From contig MU271285.1 in the NCBI GenBank assembly GCA_021432655.1, positions 1 to 64,000 on the forward strand: a stretch of 64,000 nucleotides of DNA, given 5' to 3'. Source of the stretch: Atractiella rhizophila (taxonomy: Eukaryota). Positions 26,241 through 39,100 of the stretch are shown in pieces. The notes beneath the pieces were generated by a model that saw only the letters and a program-made list of their open reading frames with translations, searched no databases and was not told where the DNA came from. Numbering within the stretch: position 1 is the first letter of the stretch; the number at the start of each line of letters is the position of its first letter. Both the position numbers and the translations under genes were made by a program.

Positions 26241-27888
26241 CTACGATATAGTGAAGTCCCTTAAGATCTCCTCCAAAGCTTCGACCTCCTTCGCCGCCCA
26301 CTTCCCCTCGACGACCTTACCGCTCCACCTGCCCTTCCCTCCACCCTTCACCCTTCCGCCAAATCTCTCCTTCATCTTCTCCCCCAGCTGTTTGGCGATC
26401 TTGGCCTCCAAATCCTTCGAACACAGCACCAAAATCGAGCCGTTCGGTTTCGGGTCGATTGGGTTCGATGTCGTCAGAGCAAGGAGGTAAGAGTCGTTGG
26501 GAAGGCTCGTTTCAGCTTCACTGGTGTTAGTGCCAGTGTTGGTCGAGGAGAATTTGGAGACGAGGGAAGCAGCACAGAGGTTAAGGAAATCTAGATCGTT
26601 TGTCCCTTCGTTCGTTCTCCACCAAACCCTTTTCTTATATTCCTCCCTATTCTGCATCTTTGCATCTGGTCGTCCACCTCGATAAGTTCCGATGACCTCA
26701 TTCACGAAATACTCCATCAACTCCTCCCTAACCTTCCTGTTCTCCGCCTTCGCCCTTCTACTCTCCTCTACTAGTCCCCTAGCGCGCTCCGGCACCTCGG
26801 GGCCTCCACAGCTGAGTGCCACACCTGCATCACGGATGATGGACTCATGTAAGCGGAGACTAGCGTTAATCCGTTCCGAGCCGACGTGGAAGTAGAGACG
26901 GCTATTCGTCGCCCGCACGCTCGTTGTCTGGGGATGGACGTAGAGGCTCCCTAGAGGAGCAAGCGTGGGGCAGTGGGTGCCACAGCAGCAGTTTCTGTGG
27001 ATGTTGGCTCAGTCAATGCTCAATACTTGTAGTATGCAGGAAAACATTACCCTGGATCGACTTGGTCGATGATTACCTTCCTCACGACGCCTTTGGAGAC
27101 ATCGTAATCCTTTGGTATCTTCTCGAACCCTTCCAAAGTATCCTCCGCCCTCTCACCGGGATAAAACTCCACCCAAACATTTCTACCCTCTACAATACTT
27201 TGATTACACCTCTTCTCGACCAACTCAATCTCCTCAGGCGTAGGATGACGGGGTAACTCGACATAAGAGAGTTGAGGGAAAGGAGAGAGGGTCCAAGCGA
27301 GCGTGGGCAGGTTGAGGACGTCGAGGTGGGCGGAGAGAAGGTGTTGGCCTGTGTGTTGGAGCATGTGATCCCACCGACGAGAGCGTGTGATGCTCAGATG
27401 CACCGTCTCCCCCGGTGTGGGAAGAGGATGAGATGGAGGGACAGAGAGGACGTGGATCGCTTGCAGGCCCCGTCGCAGGCAGTTGACGATGGGTAACGAG
27501 TGCGAGGACCACGATAAAACCCCTGTGTCGTTCGGTTGGCCTGTTCATCATTCAAATCAGTACTTGTATACCTTCAACTTAGATCTATAGAGAAATGAGC
27601 ACCTCCTCCTTCGGGAAACACTATGGTATCCTCAAAGACAGCTTCCCACACTTCCTCTCCCTTCTTATCCCCTTCTCCAGCCCCTGCTCCACCCTTCTTC
27701 TTGTCTTTCCCCTTCTCTTTCGCGGGGACAGCCTTCTCGATGGATAGGAGCTTGGTATTGAGCTCGGAGAGGAGAGGATCGCGCTGGCAGGCGAGGACGC
27801 CGACGAATTTGGGAGAAGGGAGTTGGAATGGGATGCGGGAGTAGTCTGCTGGGGTGGAGGTTGGAGGAGGGGCGAGGAGGTGCACCAT
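26241..27888 (-). CDS. AARSD1: Free-standing alanyl-tRNA editing protein AlaX (AARSD1-like) with DHHA1-like C-terminus
   Basis: 'VFEDTIVFPEGGG', 'RRWDHMLQHTGQHLLSA' (HxxxH), 'CCGTHC' (CxxxH zinc site at ~26970-26987) and C-terminal 'KGGGKGRWSG'. Confidence 0.9.
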
Positions 27889-28790
27889 CGTTTATTATTA
27901 CTGCTCCTATGGATTATCGTTGCGAATATCTTGCTTGATGTTGTGACATGTTGCTGTGGCAAGCCATGACTCCAACCACTTCAACATCAGTCCAACCATG
28001 AAATAAGAACCCAATACCTCTGTTAACCACATCTCTTGTTACAATAAATAACGAACAATGGCCTTCTCCATTCCCAACCTGCGTGCCATTGTAAGTGCCC
28101 TTCTTCAGTTGCTCAAAGGCTCCTTCAGGCGCGCCAGCTCACAATAACATCCAGTTCTCCTCGTTCCGCACCCCAGCTCAAGACAGGCACGCGTCTAGGG
28201 TTGCCTTCTTCCGCTTCTTGACCTTTGCACTCGTTTCGGTTGGGATTGGCATCCTCGGTGGGAGGAATAGGAGAGCAGCGATTGGCCATCACTTCTCTGG
28301 GAGACCATAATATTCTAATCATTTCCTCTGACCCCTTCCTACATTTCTACACCTCTGTGTCCATAGTCCATAATACAATATTGTAGCCCCAAGGAGCCAG
28401 GCTTGCAGTTTCATTTCTTTCTAAGAGTGATAAAAATACTCTGAGTGGTAGGAGCCAAAAGTTTCAGCAGCACGCGTTCCAAGTTCCGCCAGAGAAAACG
28501 ACGACCATCTCCCTCGACCCAGCGAAGAGAAGAGACGAAGACCTCTCCTGCCATTCAGAGAGCGTATTTTGGTGACCTACATAGTACTAGACATTGATTG
28601 ATAGATTGCGCGCACTTTCATTAGCATCCTTCAAGTTCGGTCAGTCCTTTTTTCCCATGTCCTTCTTAACATTCTTCTTTGTTTCCATCTTTCATCTACT
28701 TATCCGTCTACCATCTTTCATCTCCTGCCTTCCCAGCAATCATTCGGTTAGAATTCTGATTCGGTTTTCGTGGTTCAACAGATATCCAAA

Positions 28791-30241
28791 ATGTTCTTCA
28801 GCCTCCTATTCGTCCTCTTCTCCCTCCTTCCCCTCTCCCTCTCCGCCACACATTCTCGTCGTTCCTCTGCCAAACACTCTCTATCCATCAGACACACCAA
28901 CAACCACGCCAAGCGAGGGCTCTCGCAATCTGTCTATCCCTCTGGAGGTTATCCTTATGTCTACAACATCCCCTCGGGAGAGACCAAGTACTCATCCAAG
29001 GCTCCATACCCCATCATCGTCTTCTTGCACGGGTATGGGTCTAGGAGTCCCTCCGGCGGAACTGAGACCGCCACTTGGGACGGTAACGGGTTGATCATCG
29101 CCCAAGGAGGAAATGATAAGCCTCATGTTCAGGCCAGAGAGAGTTTCATCACCGTCCTGCCCGTTTTACCTACCTCTGAGTTAGTCCTTCCTCCTTCGTC
29201 CCCTTTCTCCATCCATCCATCCATCCATTACTTTACTTGGAGATGAATTGACGCTGGAGGGTAGGCAGACATGGAACCACGAAAAGGTGTGGAAGTCGTA
29301 CCAACACTTCATCTCTAACCACGCCGACATCGTTGACACCACTCGCCAATACGTCAATGGCTACTCGCTCGGTTCCATGGGTACATTCTCCATGCTCCTT
29401 CACTACCCCGACACCTTCGCGGCCGCCATCGCCTCCTCCGACCCTCCAAGCGACTACTACAACGGCGACAAAGACTACAAGACTGTTGCCTCCTCCGGCG
29501 TCGCATTGTGGGGATTCGGCGGAGAGTTTGATAAACCTGGACGCGCATCCGGGACTTTGGAAGCTGTGACTAAGATCAAGGATATGGGAGGATACGCGAA
29601 CTATACGGTGGATAAAGGTGCAGACCATGGTATTCAGTCTTATATGCCATGGACGGTAGATGACGGGGCTGTCTTTGACTTCATGCTCGCTCACTCCAAA
29701 GGCGAAAAAGCCGGTGCGTCCCTTCCTTTGCCTTTCCCCTTTCCACATTCCTTCTTAAGAGTCATGCTAAGATCGAGACACAGAGGTAGAATCTGCTCCT
29801 GTTTCGGACGAACCGACCTCGACGAAGTCTACAACCCCCAAGGCCACTCAAGAGCCTACCTTCACCGAGGCATCTGAGCCCAAAACCACGTCTAAGACGC
29901 GTGCAGCTTCAGCTTCGGAGACGACAACAAAGACGAAATCGAAGAAGCCAAAGCACTCCTCCACGTCCACCTCCAAGAGGCCTCACCAGACGAAGAAGGC
30001 CAATCCGAAAACTGCCTCCTCCTCTTCCACGGTGATCGAGGAGACGAAGACGGATGAGGTCGCCCTTGGCCCGCAGGAGACCGCAACCACGTCTAGCTCT
30101 GGTTCTGGTTCGGTTGGACAACAGGGAACGCTCGCACAGTCCCAGTCCCAGTCGGAGGACGAAAACTCGGCCGCTTCTGGACTCAGGACACCTGGTTTCG
30201 TCACTCTCTTCTTGGCTGGAGCACTCGCTCTTATGCTCTGA
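28791..30241 (+). CDS. Secreted, putatively GPI-anchored alpha/beta serine hydrolase (esterase/predicted-peptidase type)
   Basis: Signal peptide 'MFFSLLFVLFSLLPLSLSA', 'YPIIVFLHGYG', nucleophile elbow 'GYSLG', candidate catalytic His 'GADHG', a Ser/Thr/Lys-rich stalk and hydrophobic C-terminus 'NSAASGLRTPGFVTLFLAGALALML*'. Likely 5'UTR intron at 28640-28781. Confidence 0.8.
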
Positions 30242-30780
30242 TCATGATCCCTTATCTCCATTCCCCTCCTTTCAACGGTCTTTGCCCACACCCTTCCTTC
30301 CACACTTGCCTTCGTTTTTGATGATTCTTTTCCATGAGATGCACTCCTTCGGTGAAGAGAAAGTTTGAAGAGATGATTGATTCATTCCGTCTCGACTTCT
30401 GCTGCAGATGATCGGCTTTGATTGATTGATTCATGCTAACGATCTCTTCTGCCAGCAGCTGGTATCATTTCCCCTACATTGAACAAATTCATTCAGGGTG
30501 GCGCTGATGCCCCATCTTACATTCGATAGGCTGGATCGATTCTTGCTTCTGCTACAGAAGGTCCGATTGATCCAACTTGATGCTTGTGATGCCTGGAATG
30601 ACCATACGATGTATTCATCGCTGTAGCAGCCGGATTCATAACTCAGTTCATAGTAACTTTGGATTGATTTCTCAATTTGGCCTTGTTGATTTGTCCTTCC
30701 TTGCAATTCAATGCATACCATCTTGCCATACTTCTTACAGAGTCCAAAGCCTTCATCAATCGCCAATAAATTACCAATTC

Positions 30781-30962
30781 ACAGGAGGCAGAAAGGCGCT
30801 CAGGCTCGAATCTTCCATCCCCTCCGCCTCAACTCCCTCACCACTCCCCAAGTCCCAGCGACCACTCCGACACAGGAGGCAGAAAGGCGCTCAGGCTCGA
30901 ATCTTCCATCCCCTCCGCCTCAACTCCCTCACCACTCCCCAAGTCCCAGCGACCACTCCGAC
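30781..30962. repeat. Direct tandem duplication, 2 x 91 bp, over the 3' end of the HGSNAT-like gene
   Basis: 30781-30871 is repeated at 30872-30962 and looks identical by eye. Confidence 0.95.
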
Positions 30963-32136
30963 ACTGACGACCAAGCCAGCCAATTTCCTGTCCATCAAAC
31001 CAGCCAACTTCTCCACCGCGTAAGCCATCAGTCCCGTCTTCCGTCCGAGGGTGATCAAAGCCTGTGAGACCAAGTAAGCTTCCAAACTGTACCTTCCGAG
31101 TAGGACCATTGCATTCTCCACCGGTCGAGGGAGGAGATGGTGTTTGAGGAGGACGGAGGAGAAGAGGTAGTAAAAGATGGAGATCCCAGCATTGAAAGTG
31201 ACAAATGAAGGTGTCCAGAGCTCCTTCGACAGAAAGGAGCGGGTGACAGTCCCGACCAGGGTCGTCGTTGGACCGATGAGGAGGAGAGCGAGGGAAGCGA
31301 GGCGCATGAACACTTCTCCCTCCGTCCCCTGCGACATGGACGGGGACGAGAGGAAGCGAGAGAAAAGCTTGCCGAACCATACAGTGAGGGGAGCAGTGGT
31401 GAGAGTGCCGACGACACCTTCGGGATCGAATCCTCTCAAGGGTAGATACAGCCTCTCCTTCGGGAAGACCGCGCTGTCTACGACTGCATGTGAGCGGAGG
31501 GTGTGTCCGCCTTCGCCTCGGGTGAGAAGGTACCAGCCCCCGAGGAGGACGGGAGGTGCCCAGGCGAGTGGCAGGAGGCTAGCGATTAGGGTGGAGATGG
31601 AAGTTCGTTGGAGGACACCAGGGAGACGGAGGACAGAACGAGATGGAGACGGAGGCAGGAGAGACAGCGCGTTGTTCGCCAGTCCCAGGCCGACGAGCAG
31701 TAGGGATCGCTTCAGAGCCTTCTTGAGGCTCGCGCTAGAACTGACAGGCGAGGATGATGCAGACGAAAGGCCAGATGTGAATAGGAACGTGGGGTATATC
31801 GTCTACAGCCCGTCCATACCCCGTCAGCATTGGAGCCATGAAAGGGGAAAAGGAGAGGAAATCACGTCAGCGAATGTGATCCCTCCACCAATCTGAGCGT
31901 GCACGAGAAATGGAAAGACGCTGCCTGCCGACGAAGAGTTGACGAGTATCATCCCCGCAGTGGTCAAGCCTCCTGTCTCCATCATCCCGTCATACCCATT
32001 TCGTCCACATCGTCCACATCCACATAAGCACCACGCCATGATAAACATCAGCCCAAGGCATTACGGCAGAAGGGGAGAGATGAGACCCACGCAAAAGGTC
32101 TATGCTCCCCGAGCGGGAGGTGGATTTACTCCCCAT
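30891..32136 (-). CDS. Heparan-alpha-glucosaminide N-acetyltransferase (HGSNAT)-like polytopic membrane acetyltransferase
   Basis: Spliced N-terminus 'MGSKSTSRSGSIDLLRGLTTAGMILVN...FPFLVHAQIGGGITFADVI..PTFLFTSG', plus 'RCPGVLQR' and 'FDPEGVVGTLT', which are hallmark HGSNAT-family motifs. Confidence 0.8.
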
Positions 32137-33822
32137 AACGCGAATATTACCAGCAGAGTGGCTGAGTGAAAGTCTATACTCCGAACTTGTCAAGCTAGTT
32201 GAACGAATGAGGCCGTCCTGTTGCTTCCCGTAGTCCGTCACGTGCCTCGAGATCTACCATTGTGTGGACCAACGCAGGCGGCGCGAGCACTTTACCAGAA
32301 CCCAAAAGACTATCTCCTAGCAATCAATCTGACCACTCAAAGCATGGAACCAGCCTTGAACCCGAAATCCCTTTCCTAAGCACGACGAGAACGTCTACGA
32401 GCTAGAACGTTCGAGGCGTGGATGAGATTCGTGATTCTCTAGATCTATAGCTCTGACCTGAAGAGGCTACGCTCAACCTCTAATAGTGGAAGTTGCGAGC
32501 GTTTATTGGGCTCACGAGTGATCCTCAGGTAAAGCGACTTGTTTCCCTTGTTGAGTCTCACAGGTCACCCAAATTGACGATGAGTATAAATATTTGAATC
32601 TTTAGGACCCCGCGGATCCATTCATCAACTGTGCTTGGGTGGAAAGGTCCCTGATACGACTTCGACCTGGATGCACTTCAGTCAGGCAAAGCAAGTGATT
32701 CTTGTGGTTGCGAATTTGACTGAATCTCTTCTGGTCAGTTCGGACTACTACCAGCTGCCGTCATATCAATGCTCTCTACTGTATAACAAGCTCCCAGAGT
32801 TGCTTGACCATCTACCAAATGAACCGAGGAGCTACTGTTGGGCTGCAGGAGCAAGACGGGAGTCCGGCCGGTTGGAGAACGAAATCAGCGGCCAAAGGAC
32901 CATGCGACCTGCTTGAAGGCTTCAGCTTGAGCTCTATCTAGAAGTGAGCGAAGCATTCTATCATCCCGTTTGTCAGTGACTTTGTTTTCGCTTCACGGAG
33001 TCTAACAGATTACAGATGCACAGATACAGAAGACATCGTGGTTCCCGAAAATCAGGGAGAAGCGAAGACGGCTAGCGAGAGCACCCAGCTCATCTAAATA
33101 GCACTCCCTACGACCTAGGCGTTCCCCTTCTTGAGTACGCGTACGAAATACGGAGCCTTCTTCGAAAAGGCAATAAAAGACCACCACCCTCGTACTTCCG
33201 TCAAACGATTGTTTGAGTCCCCAGCATGGGTAAAAAAGGTAAAGGTCAGCTTCAAGGTATGCGGGGGAACGCAAAAACCAGAAGATGGCAGTTAGTTGTT
33301 TCCTTGTGATTGAGTCCGAGTACTCAGTGCTGTGGACAGCGTCGATGGACTGAAACTACCCTATAGTACGCAAGGTGTCTCCAAAGGCGTCAACTTACCT
33401 GGGGCAGATTCTCCATCTCTATCTTAGACTACGCGTCTCGGATGACTGAATGGATTTATGCAGCGAAAAGTCATGTTACTGGTGCAAGAGCGTGGATAGC
33501 AAATTCGCCGATGTGACATGTCAACGAGTTCTCACTCGAGGACGTATGGTAGGAGCAAGGAATACGAAGGTGGGGCTTTAGGGAGGAAGATCGCACGCAC
33601 CTCCAGCGGCGGCCGCGCCACTTCGGTCGATCGCGACCATATCGCACCTTGGAAGAGATATCAGCGGTTCAAGTACAGATCTAAGCCGGATCACACCATT
33701 GTTTGTGTGAAGTTCGTGGACAAATTTCGATGTTCGAAAGGTTCAGATCCAGCTGACATAAATCACAACAGCTGATGATAAGATTGAAACCCAAAGTTTT
33801 CAATGTGATTCAATTTCAGCTT

Positions 33823-35050
33823 TCAACTCCTTTGTCCCATTTTGTCCCCCAAACATCCTTCCTAAAGAAACTGGATTCCACCAAGTTAAAGCCCAAACAA
33901 TGTTCGACATTTTGCTCGTCCACCATTTCCCGGGCACAGTATCCTTCAACATCAAATTCGCTGTCTTCCCCGCGAACTCGACAACTGGGGTTTTGGCGGG
34001 AGGGATGATAGCATTCGAGATGTTCGATTCTATCGGTTTATAGAAAGAATCTATCCAACCAAGTCGCGGGATGTCGGTTCGTCAGCTGTGCAGATAGAGA
34101 GGAAGAGAAGGAGCACTATCAGGTAATCTGAACATCTTTTGTATCCGTTCTTGAGCACCAGAATCTGTCGCCCCAACGACTACGAGAGAGACTTGGACGT
34201 TGAAAGGTTCCAACTCCGCCCCGAGAGCGATGGACCAAGAGTGGAGAGCAGCTTTACTCGCCCCATAGATTGCGTGCCAAAATCCGAACGGGCTGCACGT
34301 AATGATCACTGAATACGTGTGGTAGATGTACTCAGGAAGGACACACCCCTCTCCAGCCACTGAACCGACGTTTAGGATCTTCCCTGATCTCCTCGTTACC
34401 ATTGCAGGTGCAACAAGTTTTGTCATTCTCATGACCCCAAAGAGCTGTTGCGATGAGGACGTATTCATCTAGAGGAGTGGACACGAACGTTGGCTGCGAA
34501 TAATTGCTCCATTTCCTCCACAGTGCTATCGAGAATAGGCACGAAGTGAGCGACAGCGGCATTATTTCTTCCATTAGTTCAATGTCTGCTTCATCAGCCC
34601 TCCTGAAGCACGAAACGTACATAGGATGGCGCACATCAAAATGTCAATCTTCCCTCCACTTCGCTCGTCCTCCAATATCGCCTTCACCGCAGTCTCACAC
34701 GACGATTGATCCTTCACGTCGAGCTGTAAGAGGATGCATCCCTCCTCTGTTTCCAATCCATCAGCCTCTCCTCGCAACATAACATCCCAAATGGAAAGAA
34801 TAATCCGACCTGCGAGGCCAACCATTTTGGAAACTGTGCGGGCTGTAGCAAAAACGGTGCATCCTTTCTGCGCTCGCAATGTTTTGCAAGCTTTCGTACA
34901 ACATGGACACACATTACCTGGGCGAAAGCCTTGCACATCCCATGCCTGTTCCACGATGCGCCGCTCAATTGTCATGCAAAGGTGAAAGGAGTGGACATAC
35001 CCCAGCCCTCCTTCGCTGCATCCAGTGATCAGAACCGTTGTTCCACTCAT
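33823..35050 (-). CDS. Short-chain dehydrogenase/reductase (Ayr1-like), multi-exon
   Basis: 'VLITGCSEGGLG' Rossmann motif, 'GKILNVGSVAG', catalytic 'YGASK' and 'ELEPFNVQV'. Confidence 0.88.
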
Positions 35051-36102
35051 AATGCTGACAACCTCACATGTGATGATGTCTATGAAAATGAGGGAGAGGA
35101 GAGGAGGGCATTTATATGACGGTGTTGCGGTGGCGGAGGAACATTTTAATGGACGGGAGGGACAGCACCCCGTGAGCCAATTACATCTCCACTGAGCCGC
35201 GGAGACGATTCATAGTCGGAAGCACAACCTTCATGTACTGTAAACTGCCTTCCCCCTGACAGTGGATCCATTGTTCCAGTTGGGATGTCCCTATTTGTTT
35301 CCCGAGGAACCGGGACTTGCGTTTCACAAGCTGGCGATGGGTCAATAGGACCTCTATTCCAATGTCGCTCACGACCTCCAGCTTGTCAAGCAAAAATAGG
35401 ATAGACGTCGACATGATGCATTTACGCATGCTTTTGCTCTGAGTCTTCTTCACATAGCGAACACATGATGCAATCGATTTCTCCCAGAGTAAATCACTTC
35501 ATTTCCTGTAAGGGCTCAGGCTTTCAGCCGAACATCACACCAACCCTGAAAGCCTCGTCTGACAGGCTGGTTGTCAATCTACTTGATCTTGAAGTCTCAA
35601 CTAGGGCCAGGTTATGGGCCAATTCTGGATCAGACATGCATCGGCGTGTGCTTTACCCTGACCACTCTCAGGAAGCTGTACATTTAACCAAGCTCGCGAC
35701 AACGTTAATTCACAAAGCCTGAAGTACAGATTGATTTAAGTTGTACCTCATTGCATGCATGGGATGACACGCTCTGAATCACAGCTCTTGTCAGGAAGGG
35801 ATGTGAGTCTTTGATGACTTCGCTACTATTCTACTCCCATCCTACTCAACCTCGTTTCACAAAAGGACGCACTGTAACAATCTCTTCATCATAGCTCCAT
35901 CGCATTATTTCATTCAGCTTTCACCCATCTGCTCTCTCCAGTCCATGATCCTGCTTCGTAACAGTGAAACGAAGTTTGCACGTGACTATCGAAGAGACGG
36001 TGCAGATAGCCTTAGCCTTTGTTAGCGCAGATACCGTTCCATCTGTTGGTTCCATTCGGCATGCTAGACAAGACAGAAGAAACCTGGGTATACATGGTTT
36101 GA

Positions 36103-39100
36103 TTACACCTCTTCCTCTGTATTCTCTTTTTCGGATCCCTGTTGCAACATCAGCGAAAGTTTGAAGGGACGAAAAAACACGGACCGGTGTGGGATTCAAC
36201 TGAGAAATTTTGACAGGTCGTAGATTGGGTAGCTTATACATTGAGTTGAAACGCATATCTGGATGTTGGCTCTCGTCCTGGGCCTGAGATTGAGTCTGAG
36301 ATTGAGTCTGCGATTGTGACTCTGCTTCTTGAATGATCTGAGTTTCCTCCAGCACTTGTGATTCCTCCATTTCTTCGTCAGTTTGCTCTTCCTTTGAGGG
36401 TGCATCAACATCTGCCATCGCCGCGTCTTCCTCCTGCGTCTCCACGTTGGTTGCTTTCGCCTTCGGGGAATCCTTTGATTTAGTGCTGAATTTGGCTTTG
36501 CTTGAAGGGACGTCTGAAGTTGGGCCCTTCTTTCCTTTCTTCGTTGTCTCCTTGGGAGCTGGAGGTGGAAGGCCAAAGAGGGTGGTTTGTCGCGATGTAT
36601 CTTTTGAAAGCTTTGTCTTTTTGCCTATTTGCCGTATTAATGAAAACACATCGCATGAACAAAAAAAGGCGTACTTTTCGAGCCCTTGCTCTCGACGCGA
36701 TCAAAAAAGCTGTCAGATTTCTGAATCTTGTCTGGCTTCCCTTTCTTATCTATTTTGGTTGATGCAAATGGTGTTGAGGAAACAGATGTAGGTTTTGGTT
36801 GCGGTGGTGGTGCAGCCTTCTTCGCAAACGGGTTCCAAGCTACATACAGACAGAAGATCGTTATCAGTATACACACATTTGAAGCTAAGGATAGTACCTT
36901 TTTCGGTCGTCTGTTGGCTCTCCTCAAAAGCATTCAGACGGCTCTTCTTCTTGACAGGCTCCTCTACATCTTCCACCTCCACCTCCCCACCATCCGTTCC
37001 TTCCTCGAATGCAATTGGTGAGCTTACATTTGTAGCTTCGTACACCTCTTCATCCCTCTTCGCGTTCGAAGCTGCACCATCAAAGATCGCCTTGGCGTTC
37101 GTTCTCCTTCTAGGTTCCTCAAACGGGCGGTCCAGCTCGTTGCCAGCCCAGTCTCTCTTCGTTCCAGCACTATATTCGGGATAAGGTGCGTTGACAAACG
37201 TCCTGACGTCCTCTAGCCTCCCCCACTTGCTCTCCCGTTTCCGTCTCCATTCCTCCTCCTGTACACCTTCCCCAGCATAGAGCAAGTCCTGGATTGCTTC
37301 TTCAAGCTCCGAATTCTGTTGGTTCTGCGCGATCTTAACTGCTAGTTCGAGTGTTCGCTTGGAGTGAAGAAGTTTGCAAAGGTCGAAAGCGCGAACGAAT
37401 GCCGATGATCTGCAGGCTGTCATGATGGAATTCAAGATGCTCTTGTCAACCTCGGTTTCTTCTTTCGACACTTCTCTATCGCCTTCCACGTCCTCTTCGA
37501 TAAGACGATCCCGTTCGGCGGAAAGAATCATGTTCTTTCGAAGGAATCTGTTTGTTGGTCATGAGGCTCTGAGCGTTGGGCACAGTCGACACATACCGCT
37601 CTTCCATCTCAGCATCAGGTTCATCTTCCCTGCTGTCCAACGGAATCCTGAGGTTGAAGTCGATGATAGGAGGGACATTATTTCCTGCCGGTGGGTTGTT
37701 CGCTCCCTTCAGAGCAGCCGTCAGTCTCTCTATCTGTTCCTCTCGAATGAAGAAGGGAATAACGTACCACGAGAACGACACACATCATTTGTTCCTCCTT
37801 TACACCGACGACCCAATATGTCCGCTCATTACCTTCCCTATTCAGGGTCTTGGTATCGAGCACAGGTACCCATCGAGCTTGGTTGGGCCGACGGTGATGT
37901 TTGAGGAGTGACACGCGTCCACGAGAGGTGTGGATCGCTGGAATCTGTGTTCGTAACATAAGGGAAGAGTTATGAGAGCAATGAATGGGAACAACGCACA
38001 CCAGAGGCACTGAATCCAAACCATTTCAGTCGTGTTCCATTAAGAAGAGGCAGATGGCGCCATTGCACGTCTTCTAACGTATCATTGTCCCGAAGGATGT
38101 AATCGACATCTCCTGCTTCAGGAGTAAGAGTCTGGACTCGAGGTAGAGGAAGTATCCTACCGTTCTTTTCAACGAGGATCATTGTAAACTCTGCACTAGC
38201 AGCAATACCCACAATCTTCTCGCCGACATCCCACACCTCACTCCTCAACCCTCCTTCTGTAAACCATCTCACCATACCCTCATCTGTACCCACAACCACA
38301 CACGTTTGGCCCTGAATTCCTCTGCTGAAAGCACCCTCTTCATTCTCTGCTCCTCCAACAGCGAGAGCAACTATGTTCTCGCCGTCCGGCATCTTCGTCG
38401 TCCACTTCTCCCTCATCGTATCATATGGTTCCCAAGTCAAAGTTGTCGGACTAGCGAAGGCGACGCCGGTCTGGCCCATTGAAGACAATGTGTAGTTGAG
38501 GGGATCTTCAAAATGGTAAGCGGTACGAACAGTGGAATTGCGGTCGTGGAAGTCTACAGAGATGATTTGGTTCCTCTCTTCTCCATCCTCGTCCGTCGTG
38601 GCTTGAACCGCTGTTACGACGCCTAGAAGGTTGAAAGCAAGATATCTCTTCCCATTCTCCCACGGCGTTGACCCCGGCTGTAAAACCTCTACCAGTCTTT
38701 TCCTCTTCGAGCCAGAGACAGCAGTGACCGCCTCCCTCTCATCCTCATCCTCACTCCCAAGGCCAAAGTCTGGGCTGACGGCTCGTCGACGACGCGACGC
38801 TGCAATTTGTTCTCGCTCAAGGTCCAGTAGTCCCAGGTCATCATCCAAAAAGTCCTCAGTGAAGAAGTTTGCAAAGGTCGAAAGCGCGAACGAATGCCGA
38901 TGATCTGCAGGCTGTCATGATGGAATTCAAGATGCTTTTGTCAACTTCGGTTTCTTCTTTCGACACTTCTCTATCGCCTTCCACGTCCTCTTCGATAAGA
39001 CGATCCCGTTCGGCGGAAAGAATCATGTTCTTTCGAAGGAATCTGTTTGTTGGTCATGAGGCTCTGAGCGTTGGGCACAGTCGACACATACCGCTCTTCC

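Noticed and set aside
32250..33800. Short ORFs in this intergenic stretch, and similar ones at 35180-35900 and 56400-58700
   Set aside because: The frames are interrupted by stops and have no recognisable motifs. They may be decayed genes but cannot be supported.
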